The notes beneath the pieces are model-generated. The model made no database searches and was not told the DNA's origin. It worked only from the letters and a program-made list of their open reading frames with translations. A DNA stretch of 63,139 nucleotides, filler included, from Octopus bimaculoides (Eukaryota), in NCBI RefSeq assembly GCF_001194135.2. It is 7 parts of 7 records of this genome, joined end to end, with 100 filler letters (N's around TTAATTAATTAA, not from the genome) between each part and the next. Parts side by side here need not be neighbours in the genome. Positions count along the whole stretch, not along the records: positions 1 to 2,449 come from NC_068992.1; positions 2,550 to 26,361 come from NC_069005.1; 5 more parts are not named here. One strand, written 5' to 3'. A program made the position numbers and the translations under genes. This document shows, in pieces, positions 1 through 11,889 of this stretch (the first letter of the stretch is position 1; each line of letters begins with the position of its first letter).

Positions 1-40
1 TATATATATATATATATATATATATTTACAAATATATGAC

Positions 41-203
41 ATGCTTCTTTCAGTTTCTGTCTACCAAATCCACTCACAAGGCTTTGGTTGACCTGAGGCT
101 TTTGTTGAAGACACTTGCCCAATATACCATGCAGTGGGACTGAACTTGGCACTAATGTGGTTGGGAAGCAAGCTTCTTTCCACACAGCCATTCCTGTGCC
201 TGT
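41..203 (-). mobile_element. tRNA-derived SINE, family A head/body (GTGGCTGTGTGG...TTGGGCAAGTGTCTT...GAAACTGAAAGAAGC)
   Basis: Reverse complement matches the copies at 16192, 42548 and 55320. It has tRNA A/B-box-like motifs and a CORE-like TTGGGCAAGT motif. Confidence 0.85.
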
Positions 204-1049
204 AGATACTTCATTCACATGGCTCTAATGAAACTATAAGATGTCATGCTAGCACTCATCTCTGGGTGCACACTTGCTCACAGCAGAAACAACTGTAAGT
301 TAATGAAAGTGATTATATAACTCCCATTCTTCTGTCGTTCATTTATCAATTGATGTTACACTTTGTAGTAGTTTACTACAAAAAAAATCTAAAGATACTG
401 AGTTCCAGCAACTGATTATTCATATAACATGTATGTGTGTGTGTGTTTGTGCAGTTATCTAATAAACAGATGTCCATTCTTCGCCTTTTATATTTCAAAA
501 CTGTCAGATAAACGAAGTTAGTTTTTCCACCAATCTTAAAATTTCATTATCAAACAATCCCCATTCCCCAACACCAAAACACACACACAGAAACCAATAA
601 AAAGAACAGAAAATGTAAAAAAGAGCTACAAAATATTGAAAAAGCCAATTTTGTAATCTTGACATTCATTAAACAGGCAATTAATTAGGATTCTTATTGT
701 TAGATAAATATTTAATGTAGCAATGTTTAGTAAACTGTGGCTGATGTAATATCAATTTGAGAGACAGACTGGGAGCAAATGTGTTGGAGAAGAATTTAAC
801 CTATTATTTGAAAGCATTGTTTTGGTACCTCAATGGCATTGACTGCACTGCTTTTGATGAAAGAAAGAAAAGAAAATGGCAAAACAAACAACATAAAATA
901 AAAAGCTGGAATATAGGAAACTTGGTTTGGAAGGGCAAATGGCAGGCTAGAGTTGAGTCAGGGCATCACAAATGAAATTTTAATGGATAATGTTGGGTCA
1001 GAGAGCGAGGAATGAGACAGAGATAGAAAGAGAAAGGGAGAGGAGTAAT

Positions 1050-1310
1050 GGTAGAAGCTCTTAAGGAGCTGTATGTGGTGACAATAAGTGACCCAGGGCG
1101 TGGAGGAATACAGGAGGCTATTCAGTACACTGGTTTTATACACACTAAATTCTGTGGTTTCCAACAAATATTTGCTGTGCTTGATTCTGTTCTACATTCT
1201 GCCAAATGCACATGCTTTGACTTTGTTGATCTTGGCATCTGATGAGATGATGCACCCCATACAGTTGAATTGGTGAACTGTGTTCAGTTCACTGTTTCCC
1301 TGATACTATT
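1050..1310 (-). mobile_element. RTE (BovB-type) LINE ORF fragment, post-RT region
   Basis: Translates to GCIISSDAKINK...AFGR...SVYKTSVLNSLLYSSTPWVTYCHHIQLLKSFYH, resembling the RTE motif LLYGSETWVTY. Confidence 0.75.
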
Positions 1311-1574
1311 ACAGAGAAGGTAGTGTCTATGTATGTATGTATGTATGTATCTATCTATCTATTTTCTTCCTTCCTTCCTTCTATCCATCCATCTGTCTGT
1401 TCAGCCATCTACCCATCTATTTTCTTTCTTTCTTTCTTTCTTTCCATCTGTGTGTCCATCCATGTGTGTGTGTGTGTGTGCATGCAAACACGCATACATG
1501 TGTGAGTAGTCTTGCAGCTCCTCCACAAGAAACTGTTTTGACCACCCACTTCTCTCATTCTTTAACCTCCCTCA

Positions 1575-1735
1575 ATACCTAGCATAAAATTGCCCCCCAC
1601 CCCCACCACTTTCCTTGCAGTTTGAAGTCTTACACACTGGGGCACAATGCAGTCCTTGGACCAATGACATCCTGACAAACTATCCAAGCCATGCCAGCAT
1701 GAAACAAACACGAATGTTAAATTATGATGATGACG
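1575..1735 (+). mobile_element. RTE 3' UTR/tail fragment ending in (GAT)n
   Basis: CCAAGCCATGCCAGCATG...GTTAAATTATGATGATGA matches the RTE tails at 33345, 40455 and 57445. Confidence 0.65.
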
Positions 1736-1753
1736 TATATGTTTGTGGGTGTG

Positions 1754-1807
<54 letters not shown>

Positions 1808-1833
1808 ATGTATATATATATGTTTGTGTGTGT

Positions 1834-1865
<32 letters not shown>

Positions 1866-1866
1866 T

Positions 1867-1909
<43 letters not shown>

Positions 1910-1924
1910 TTTACTCTCTAATTC

Positions 1925-2115
1925 TTATATTTACTTCAGTCACATGACTACGGCCATGCTGGAGCACCGCCTTGAGTCGAACAAATCGACGCCAGTGCTT
2001 ATTCTTTGTAAGCCTAATACTTATTCTATTAGTCTCTTTTACCAAACCGCTAAGTTATGAGGACGTAAACACACCAGCACTGGTTGTCAAGCAATGGTGG
2101 GAGAACAAACACAGA
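1925..2115 (-). mobile_element. SINE 3' module D (GGCGGTGCTCCAGCATGGCC tail)
   Basis: Homologous to 45940-46110, 47645-47735 and 55840-55925. Confidence 0.8.
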
Positions 2116-2157
2116 CACACAGACATATGCATATATACATACATACATACATACATA

Positions 2158-2190
<33 letters not shown>

Positions 2191-2191
2191 T

Positions 2192-2450
2192 GCTTAATAA
2201 AGAGAATGAATGGGAGAAAGAGAGCCTGCCGTATGTCGACCCAATAGAGGGACCAGCTATCCGAGTTGATAGTACCAGGGTAGATAAAGCAATTAAGAGT
2301 ATGAAGACCGGGAAAGCCCCCGGCCCATCAGGAATCACTGCAGAGATGCTCAAAATATCTGGCAGTGTTGGCTATAGCCTAGTCACCCGTATTACGAACC
2401 AGGTGATACACGAAGGAGTCATACCCAATGACTGGTGTAGCAGCATCATN
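2192..2450 (+). mobile_element. RTE LINE ORF2 fragment (EN-RT linker), cut by a gap
   Basis: ENEWEKESLPYVDPIEGPAIRVD...KAIKSMKTGKAPGPSGITAEMLK...IPNDWCSSI. Confidence 0.9.
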
Positions 2451-2493
2451 NNNNNNNNNNNNNNNNNNNNNNNNNNNNNNNNNNNNNNNNNNN

Positions 2494-2505
2494 TTAATTA
2501 ATTAA
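2494..2505. other. Assembly gap linker TTAATTAATTAA inside N-runs (also 26406-26417, 45097-45108, 52351-52362, 55105-55116, 57258-57269)
   Basis: The same 12-mer, with stop codons in all six frames, sits within N-runs six times. It is an artefact. Confidence 0.95.
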
Positions 2506-2550
2506 NNNNNNNNNNNNNNNNNNNNNNNNNNNNNNNNNNNNNNNNNNNNT

Positions 2551-3140
2551 ATATATATATACATGTATATACATATACATGCATACATACATACATGTAC
2601 ACTGACACATACACACACACATTACCTACTTGTTGTTCTTGATGCGTTAATAATAGAATATTGAAATGCTAAACCCTTTTTTCTTCCTGTGATAACAATT
2701 GGCAATTGATCTCGCAGGCTGAGTGTCGGGCTTGTGAGTATGAATGTTAGTGTGTATTTGTGTGTATGCATGTATGCATGCATGCAAACATATATGTATG
2801 AATGTACGTATGTATGTATGTATGTATGTATGTATGTATGTATGTATGTATGTATGTATGTATGTATGTATGTGTGCATGTATGTATGTGTGTATGTATG
2901 TATGCATGTATGTATGTATGTGTGTATGTATGTATGTATGTATGTATGTATGTATCTATGTGTGCATGTATGTATGTGTGTATGTATGTATGCATGTATG
3001 TATGTATGTGTGTATGTATGTATGTATGTATGTATGTATGTATGTATATATATGTGTATATATGTGTATATGTATGTATATATGTTTGTATGTAAGTATG
3101 TTTGAATGTATGTATGTGTGTATGTGTGTATGTATGCATG
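2551..3140. repeat. (TATG)n/(TG)n compound microsatellite
   Basis: Seen directly; explains the MYVC/HTYI ORFs. Confidence 0.97.
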
Positions 3141-3169
3141 CATTTCCAGCCGTCTGCATATGCATTTGG

Positions 3170-4200
3170 ATGCTAAACGTTTGGAAAGTTTCACATATAT
3201 TGATAGTTCCATTGATAACAGTTTCTGCATTCTACTAATTAACTTTCTCCTTTCTGGTTGTGAGAAGCCTAATTTTACAAGATTAAATACATAGGCAATG
3301 TTTTACATATCCCAGTGACTCAATATATACAGTTATAAACCTAATCTTCTAATCCTGGTAGAGTAACTGTAATTTTCTCAATAGTTCAGCACAGGTATTT
3401 TCTTTTCGGCTGACCAGCTGGGCATTTGATTTCCGCTTCTGTTCATAGTTTCTCTTCTCTGTCCCAAATCACTATGTCTAGTCTATTATGCTTGCATTTC
3501 ATTGAGCCTGTCATAGGAATATTCCATCCGTTCTCTTTCATTTCATTTCATATGTGATTATTGTCCCTACGATACTCAGGACTCATATCTTTGTTCTCGG
3601 GATTACCCCTCCGGCAGATCGCATTATGTAGTGTCTTGGTCATTACATCATGTGATGTGATGACATTTTCGGGCAACTGCTTATGATGCGGCTGACACCT
3701 TCGGTATTAACTCCACAAACTCTCCTTCGGTTAACACATTTCGGTGTTTTTCCGGTACCTCTGTCCCTTTTGTGTATCAGGAATTTGGTTACTATTTCCT
3801 ATCCCTGAATTGCAAACGCATATCCTTCAAAAGGATGTGTTATAACACTATTCTACATATACAAAAAAAAGACACAACCACACCAACAATCAAACGTACC
3901 TCCATCATCAGCTGCCCTACGGATATCATTATGGTTTCGACACCTGGGCAGTACCATTCGATCGTGAGAGTTAGTGATTTAGTTGTTGATCCACGACCAA
4001 CTGCTTTGACCATCAATGTTGCTGTCACTCTCGAACTTTCTGCTAACATATTCACACATAGATTTCTGCAGTTATGCATTCATCCAAAATCTTATGTTAT
4101 ATTGCGACAGAGCGGTGCACCTTTCTTGCCACAACATAGCATCAGATTATAGGATCAGTGCATAACAACAGAAGGTTGATATGCCGTCTCTTGTCTTCCC
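3170..4200 (-). mobile_element. R4/Dong-like non-LTR retrotransposon 3' part (Zn-knuckle region + REL endonuclease), decayed, with a ~110 bp insert at ~3850-3965
   Basis: FEGYAFAIQ..EIVTKFLIHKRD, CGVNTEGVSRIISSCPKMS, KCKHNRLDIVIWDREEK; homologous to 22421-23045. Confidence 0.85.
3898..3957 (-). ncRNA. Hammerhead-like motif with non-nested (pseudoknotted) helix order, copy 1
   Basis: AUGGU A|CUGCCC AGGU GUC GAAA CCAU (13 nt) GGGCAG CUGAUGA U GG. Stem III is 5 bp, stem I is 6 bp, stem II only 2 bp. Confidence 0.55.
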
Positions 4201-4474
4201 ATAGTTGCTAAAATGTGTTGAATATATAGTGATTGTTTTGGCTAGAAAAAGCGCGCAAAAATATGAAATTGCTGTTAGATCCTGCTTCACACGAAGTTTT
4301 GAATGGTCAGATTTTTTAGTGACGTCGGTAGTACTTTAGCCAATCGCGATCGTATACTTGAGTTGTTTTTTTCATCGGACATAGTGGCACAGCTTCGATT
4401 TCTACGTTTGCCGTTAGATATTTCAGCTGTATATATATTCTCATATATATAGTCACATGTCTAGACATGCGCAT

Positions 4475-4650
4475 ATGTACTCAAGTGCTAAGCTTTTAGA
4501 AAGTTTTACAAATTTTGACTGTTCTATTGAAGGTTTGTATCTCTAATCTTCTAATTAGCTTTCTCCTTTCTGGTTTTGAGAAGCCTAATTTCTCAAGATT
4601 GAGGATGAGATGGTTTGTTACATATCCGAGTGCCCCAATAATTACTGGTA
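4475..4650 (-). mobile_element. Short 3' end of the same R4/Dong-like family
   Basis: IPVIIGALGYVTNHLILNLEKLGFSKPERRKLIRRLEIQ...TVKICKTF. Confidence 0.85.
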
Positions 4651-5869
4651 TGATGTATGTATATATGTAAGTATATTCATATACACTATACTACATTATA
4701 TATATACACACACATTCATACATTGTGTACATCCATCCATACACACGCACGTATGTAAGTATATATTTATATCTTGTGCGTTTCTGTATGTATGTATGCA
4801 TGCATGTATGTGTGTACGTACGCATGCATATTTATGTGTATGTATTTTTCTCTGTATATAGTGTTCTTCTTTTAACTCTTCCGAATCTTCGCAAAAGAAT
4901 AAAGAACCACTTCCATCCCAGAAACAAGAGTCTTTTGATTACTATTTAGATATTAAAAAGATATTCATATTTGTATCTGTGTGTAGATATATGTGTGTTT
5001 GCATGCATGTATGTTCGCATGCATGTATGTTTACATGTATGTATGTATGCACGTGTTATGTATGTATGTATGCATGTATGTATGTATGTATGTACACAAA
5101 TATGCATGTATTTTTCTTTTTTTTTTTTTGCTTTTCTTTGAATTTTATTTAAATTCTATGCAGAATTACAACTGGTGAGAAACAAAATACTTTTGTTTAA
5201 GTGAAGAGTTCCGGGGCTTTGCGAACGTGTGGGCGTGTTGGTGTTAATGTGTGCGTATAAGATGGTGCACGTGTGGTTGTATATGCAATCATACAATACT
5301 TACACAAGTTTAGTACATAAATTGTAAATTCTTTACTTGTTATGGATCTGTGTAAGTGCCTGTATATGCCACAGACCCTGCAATAGTGTACATATGGTCT
5401 ACGCTGGATTCCAATCAGCTGAGGTGGTATGGTTTTTATGATGAGCACTCTGCTGGGAAATGAAGACAGTGAGAAAAAAAAACAAGCAAACGGTATAAAG
5501 AATGCCAAAAACAAATAAAAAAAAATAGCCGTCTTGATGAGTGTAATCTAATGCTCCTGACAAAAAGAAATGGCGAGAAAAGATCTGGTCTGGAGTAAAA
5601 GATTTTGAGAAATAGAAACAACAGTATGCAAAGTTGAAAAGAGAACGACGGAAATTAACACCTTAGTGTTACATGCATGCATTCAAAGGTGCATATATCT
5701 ATATAGTGTCATCTTTCCAGCTGCTCAACGTATGCTAAAACTTGATTCTCTGAGGCTGGTTTAACTTCACAACTCAGAACTCATCTTTATACAATTAACC
5801 CAAATGACACAAAAGATAATTCTAGCAAATGTGTTCATATGTGAAATGTGTTCATATGTCAAATGTGTT

Positions 5870-6085
5870 CAATAAGACATATAGGTCCTGTGCTGGTCCA
5901 AAAAAGGCATTAAAATAGCCATAAATCTTACATGACAAACAGAACCGTTCCCTCTCGAGGTGAGTCACATTTGCATTGCTTGTACTGCAAATTTCAAACA
6001 GCCCTCGGGACTTCAAAGCCACCAACGTGCTCATGTACGAAAGAAGCACATTGTTGTGTCGACGCCCCAGGCGAAGAAGTAGGAT
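5870..6085 (+). mobile_element. Probable RTE-BovB-type LINE 3' end with C-terminal C2H2 zinc finger (5972-6034)
   Basis: CIACTANFKQPSGLQSHQRAH fits C-x2-C-x3-F-x5-L-x2-H-x3-H and is followed by a GAAGAAG tail and a stop. A host exon is not excluded. Confidence 0.6.
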
Positions 6086-6400
6086 CTCCCAAGACATATA
6101 AATAGAGGTAGTCTGGCCGTGGTAGGTGTGTTGAGTAGCAGTCGAGTAGCAGTTGTGTAGCGGTTGAGTAGAGATCATCCGAAGGTGCTAGATAGCAGTA
6201 GCTTGAGACATAATACACATCTAAAAAGAAGCGTTCAAACTTTGAATAGGAACAGACTACGTCTCTACCATAGGCACACGCAGTTGTGCGCATGTGGTCT
6301 TTCCAGGAAAATTAAATCCTAAATTCTTGGAATGTTCTACAACTATGCTAATGTATGTATGAATGTATGTACGTTTGTATGTATGTGATGTGTGTGTGTG

Positions 6401-6402
<2 letters not shown>

Positions 6403-6492
<90 letters not shown>
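6403..6492. repeat. (GA)n microsatellite
   Basis: Seen directly. Confidence 0.98.
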
Positions 6493-6496
<4 letters not shown>

Positions 6497-6784
6497 AAGG
6501 ATTAGTCAGAGGACGAAGTCTATTACTGTATCAAACCTTAGCAATAGGGCGCTGGATGCCCCCCACAACAACAAAAAAATCCCTCTAAATGTTGGCCCTC
6601 TATGTCCATTCAGGGAAGACGATAAACAGGTTATTATGACTTATTATACTTCCAAGTACCATCTATCGGGGGCTTCAAACACCGAGCAAACGTGCCGAAT
6701 TTTGAGAGAAAGGCAAAAGAACCCTAACATAGGGCTGAACATAGACAGCAACAAATTTGCAAATTTGAAGAAATATTGGTTTAA

Positions 6785-6985
6785 AATTTTGGCACAAAAC
6801 CAGCAGTTTCAGGTGTCGGGGATACAAATCGGTTACATTGGTTCCAGTAATCAATTGGTACTTATTTTATCGACCCCGAAAGGAATGAAAGGCAAAGTTG
6901 ACCTCAGCGGAATTTGAACTCATAACGTAAAGACTAAAGACGGTTGAAATGCTGCCAAGAACTCTCCCAGTTCGCCACCTTAAAT
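6785..6985 (-). mobile_element. SINE family B (GGCGGCGAGCTGGCAG...GAGGTCGACTTTGCCTTTCATCCTTTCGGGGTCGATAAA)
   Basis: Homologous to the near-intact copy at 50917-51140. The central domain resembles Meta/MESC-type SINE domains (from recall). Confidence 0.85.
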
Positions 6986-7104
6986 TTATGAAGATATATA
7001 AAAAAAAAAACGGAGAGTGTTGTCTGACATTGAAATTGGCCGAGTAAAAGAAAATGTACAATCAGATTTGAGAAACAACCCAAGGAATATAATAAAATAA
7101 AAAT

Positions 7105-7355
7105 AAATGCTCCCTTTTAAAGCCTAGCCAGGCCCATGGGCCCGGTTTCCCGGTTTCAATGGCGTATGTGTCCTCCAACTGGATGGGACGCCAGTCCATC
7201 GCAGCGTTACTCATTTTTGCCAGCTGAGTGGACTGGAGCAACGTGAAATGAAGTGTTTTGCTCAAGAACACAACGCGTCGCCTGGTCCAGGAATCGAAAC
7301 CACAATCTTACGATCATAATGCTGACACCCTAACCACTAAGCCACGCGCCTCCAC
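7105..7355 (-). mobile_element. tRNA-derived SINE family C, near full length
   Basis: GGCGCGTGGCTTAGTGGTTAGG (A box), GGTTTCGATTCC (B box), CTTGAGCAAAACAC, GCGATGGACTGGCGTCCC; tail also at 25348-25405. Confidence 0.85.
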
Positions 7356-7369
7356 AATAACCCAGGGAA

Positions 7370-10362
7370 TACAATTCACAAATTAAACAGACAAAACTTA
7401 TGTCGGAGCCAAAGCAAAGAAAAGCATTACAAGAGTAAGCAAATATGAGACATATAACTAGAAGCAACCTAAAATATGGTCTCTGAGGATGAAACAATTG
7501 CAGACGAACAAAGTAATAACATTGCCAACATTTTATCGGAAATAAATAACGTTGATAACAAGACAATTGATCTGAGAGAAGTTGAAGTGCAAGTAATCGC
7601 TGAACGGATCAAAGTTCAAAAAAGCTCACAAAAGAACGCAGTGACCTGCCTAAGATCCGTGTTAGAAGAAAACAAAATTTACAATAAAACCTTCCGGGTG
7701 AACACGGCCGTTAAACCTTTTTTAAATGAAAATGAATTTGACATAACGACATTGAATGAATGACTCCATGCTGCTGCTACAAAATTGAAAAATAAAAATG
7801 GGAAAATCATCATAAAAGACCAACGTGTGAAGATAAGCTCAAAAAACCAAATCGATGCTCTCTGATCTGATATAGAAATACTGAAATACTTGATCTATGA
7901 CCATAACATCCTTTCTATAATAGGCACAAGGCCTGAAATTTGCGGTGGAGGAGGGGTGTAGTCGATTACATTGGTCCCAATACTCAACTGGTAATTATTT
8001 TATCGACTGCGAAAAGATAAAAGGCTGGCCAATGGTATCACATTTTTGTTTCCAAAAAACGAGGAAACAAAAACCACCAAAAAACTACGAATCCATAACA
8101 TGACTTACAACAATGTACAAGATCCTCACATCTGTTCTAATTAAGCGCACTTAACTAAGTATGCGTACCTCATTAACAACGACCTTTTTTCTTGTTGAAT
8201 AAAAAATGCCGTAAACGTGAGTCCTATGAATGCAGAGACCAACAGAAAATTAACATAATGATTCTTTAAAACATTTACGACAGGAAAAAGAACCATCTGT
8301 CAGCGGTCTGGATAGCCTGCAATAAGACCTTTCCTAGTCCCTCACAGCTCGATAGAGAAATTCCTGGAAGCGATCAAAATTTCGTCATGAAGCTCTGGAA
8401 AAACTACATTAATCTTTAACGCTGACATTGCAAGTATAAACACTGGACAATTCAATAACAATTGTGGAATCTTTGAAGGGGGCTCATTATTTCCATTGTT
8501 ATTCTGCTTAGCGGTTTTTTTTTTCTAAATAAACATCAGAATGAAACTAATTATGGACACAGGGTGTACAGGAAAAACAGTTAATCGTCTCATTTTATAT
8601 GGATGACTTGAAACTGCAGAAAAATGATCAACTGCAAGCACTCCTCAAAGCAGTCAAAACAATTTAGTGATGACATCAAAACGGAATTTGGGTTAACAAA
8701 TACGCCAGACTACATTTATCAAAGGAAAAACTATCAAACACGTACATCACCCTAGATAGGAATAAAGAATTAGAACCCGAGGGTTGATAAGAGTGTAAGG
8801 AACGACCGTGCGAACTCAATTGTAAGGAACGACCGTGCGAAATCAAAAAGGAGAAATGGTGACGAATGGAAGAAACAGAGGACTCCTTTTATTTATACGC
8901 GTCGCACGGTCGAACACACAAATATATATCAATGGATGATATACATGATATGTTATGCTACGATAACATAGATGACCAGTAATGAAAGACCACAACCGTA
9001 TTAGATGAATAACAGAGATATTTATTATGGCGTTAAAGTGTATGTCTGTGTGAGAGTGTGAATGCGATATATAATAACATAATCAAAGACAGGCCGTCGT
9101 ACAAAGAAAAGTGTGTATGTGAGTGATACATGTATGTGTATGTGAGTTATTACAGCAAATAGAAAGAGTCAATAACACNNNNNNNNNNNNNNNNNNNNNN
9201 NNNNNNNNNNNNNNNNNNNNNNNNNNNNNNNNNNNNNNNNNNNNNNNNNNNNNNNNNNNNNNNNNNNNNNNNNNNNNNNNNNNNNNNNNNNNNNNNNNNN
9301 NNNNNNNNNNNNNNNNNNNNNNNNNNNNNNNNNNNNNNNNNNNNNNNNNNNNNNNNNNNNNNNNNNNNNNNNNNNNNNNNNNNNNNNNNNNNNNNNNNNN
9401 NNNNNNNNNNNNNNNNNNNNNNNNNNNNNNNNNNNNNNNNNNNNNNNNNNNNNNNNNNNNNNNNNNNNNNNNNNNNNNNNNNNNNNNNNNNNNNNNNNNN
9501 NNNNNNNNNNNNNNNNNNNNNNNNNNNNNNNNNNNNNNNNNNNNNNNNNNNNNNNNNNNNNNNNNNNNNNNNNNNNNNNNNNNNNNNNNNNNNNNNNNNN
9601 NNNNNNNNNNNNNNNNNNNNNNNNNNNNNNNNNNNNNNNNNNNNNNNNNNNNNNNNNNNNNNNNNNNNNNNNNNNNNNNNNNNNNNNNNNNNNNNNNNNN
9701 NNNNNNNNNNNNNNNNNNNNNNNNNNNNNNNNNNNNNNNNNNNNNNNNNNNNNNNNNNNNNNNNNNNNNNNNNNNNNNNNNNNNNNNNNNNNNNNNNNNN
9801 NNNNNNNNNNNNNNNNNNNNNNNNNNNNNNNNGCTGCTGCTGTCGTGTGGTACACGGAACAGTCTCTAAGAGAAACTGGACCGAGACAAATTTGTGGGGT
9901 ATGAGTTGATCTATTTAAGGCGTTAAGAGGGCTCCAAATGGCTTCAGAATTTTACTCTATCACGTGACCTTATTAGGGGCTGTGATTGGTCAGTTTGCGT
10001 TCTGGCGGGATCGGTTCGAAGAAGTTGCCGATTCGAATAATAATCAGTCACGTGATGACAAGGAATGGGTTCTCTACTACGCTCGCATTTATTTATATTT
10101 AAATGAGAAGATTGTATGTAATGGCGATAGTAGTTTGTATCTAATGGTGGGAGGTAGTTTCACTACAAGAGTATTTAGGAGTATGTGAAGGAGGCGGAAT
10201 TAAACATTCCCTAAAAGATGAACAGAAAAGATAAGGAAGGAGTTCTATCGGAGAATAAGAGCTATTCTGAAAAGCGAGCTGGATGCCAGAAACAAGACTA
10301 AGACCATAAACACGCTGCCTGTGCCAGTAATCACATATGGTGTCAATAGTATAAACTGGTCT
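7370..10362 (+). mobile_element. R4/Dong-type LINE (RT domain), decayed and split by a SINE-B piece (7915-8025) and by a ~1.4 kb insert (8785 to ~10160)
   Basis: Frameshifted segments resemble GITFLFPKNEET..NY, GIFEGGSLFPLLFCLA, FYMDDLKL and NKELEPEG; after the insert, YLGVCEGGGI...IRKEFYRRIRAILKSEL...INTLPVPVITY. Confidence 0.85.
8785..9177 (-). mobile_element. LTR-like segment (TG...CA, ~393 bp)
   Basis: Starts TGATAA and ends ATAACA. The minus strand has TATAAATA and AATAAA, and there is an internal tandem repeat TGTAAGGAACGACCGTGCGAA. The right flank is a gap, so no TSD can be checked. Confidence 0.45.
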
Positions 10363-10363
10363 T

Positions 10364-10420
10364 AAAGCGGCGAGCGGGCAGAAACGTTAGCACGCCGGGC
10401 AAAATGCTTAGCGGTATTTC
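10364..10420 (+). mobile_element. SINE family B 5' head fragment
   Basis: AAAGCGGCGAGCGGGCAGAAACGTTAGCACGCCGGGC. Confidence 0.8.
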
Positions 10421-11889
10421 ATAGCGAAAGAGGCAGTATGGAAGACTAGGATAAAAAAGAATTAAGACAGGCAGCTTTATCTCTGGCCACAATTTACGTT
10501 CATTTTTTACTTTTCATTTGAAAAGGAAAGTGTGGTTGGAGAGGAGATGTCTGTCGGAGTGTACGTTCCAAAAGAGATGGAAGCATGTTGCACGAGTGTT
10601 GTGCGTGCAAGGAACCGTGTGAATAGACGGGAAAAAAAAGGAAAAAAAAAAGATGCCAGCGATAGATCGAGGCTTGTGAGGTCGGAGCGTGGCCTGATCA
10701 TCGCTTCATTTGTGTTGTCTAACGTACTGTTATCATTCGATTTTTTAAATATTTTATATAATTTTTAAAGTCATATTTTATGTAAACCANNNNNNNNNNN
10801 NNNNNNNNNNNNNNNNNNNNNNNNNNNNNNNNNNNNNNNNNNNNNNNNNNNNNNNNNNNNNNNNNNNNNNNNNNNNNNNNNNNNNNNNNNNNNNNNNNNN
10901 NNNNNNNNNNNNNNNNNNNNNNNNNNNNNNNNNNNNNNNNNNNNNNNNNNNNNNNNNNNNNNNNNNNNNNNNNNNNNNNNNNNNNNNNNNNNNNNNNNNN
11001 NNNNNNNNNNNNNNNNNNNNNNNNNNNNNNNNNNNNNNNNNNNNNNNNNNNNNNNNNNNNNNNNNNNNNNNNNNNNNNNNNNNNNNNNNNNNNNNNNNNN
11101 NNNNNNNNNNNNNNNNNNNNNNNNNNNNNNNNNNNNNNNNNNNNNNNNNNNNNNNNNNNNNNNNNNNNNNNNNNNNNNNNNNNNNNNNNNNNNNNNNNNN
11201 NNNNNNNNNNNNNNNNNNNNNNNNNNNNNNNNNNNNNNNNNNNNNNNNNNNNNNNNNNNNNNNNNNNNNNNNNNNNNNNNNNNNNNNNNNNNNNNNNNNN
11301 NNNNNNNNNNNNNNNNNNNNNNNNNNNNNNNNNNNNNNNNNNNNNNNNNNNNNNNNNNNNNNNNNNNNNNNNNNNNNNNNNNNNNNNNNNNNNNNNNNNN
11401 NNNNNNNNNNNNNNNNNNNNNNNNNNNNNNNNNNNNNNNNNNNNNNNNNNNNNNNNNNNNNNNNNNNNNNNNNNNNNNNNNNNNNNNNNNNNNNNNNNNN
11501 NNNNNNNNNNNNNNNNNNNNNNNNNNNNNNNNNNNNNNNNNNNNNNNNNNNNNNNNNNNNNNNNNNNNNNNNNNNNNNNNNNNNNNNNNNNNNNNNNNNN
11601 NNNNNNNNNNNNNNNNNNNNNNNNNNNNNNNNNNNNNNNNNNNNNNNNNNNNNNNNNNNNNNNNNNNNNNNNNNNNNNNNNNNNNNNNNNNNNNNNNNNN
11701 NNNNNNNNNNNNNNNNNNNNNNNNNNNNNNNNNNNNNNNNNTATATATATATATGTACATATACGTATTAATATATGCAAATATATATGTATATATATAT
11801 ATATATATACACACACATACATACACACACACACACACACACATATATATACATACATACATATACACACAGACATACATATACACACA

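Noticed and set aside
205-293. 89-nt open stretch between an AG and GTAAGT (ILHSHGSNETIRCH...)
   Set aside because: The acceptor lies in a SINE remnant and I recognise no homology.
2622-3238. Long ORFs such as MYVC/HTYI, ERER and poly-X entries throughout the track
   Set aside because: They are translations of microsatellites or N-gaps.
4310-4360. TGACGTC plus CCAAT promoter-like motifs
   Set aside because: No associated gene start is visible, and short motifs arise by chance.
5197-5460. Minus-strand acceptor and ORF (RVLIIKTIPPQ... or QSAHHKNHTTSADWNPA*)
   Set aside because: No recognisable domain in any frame.
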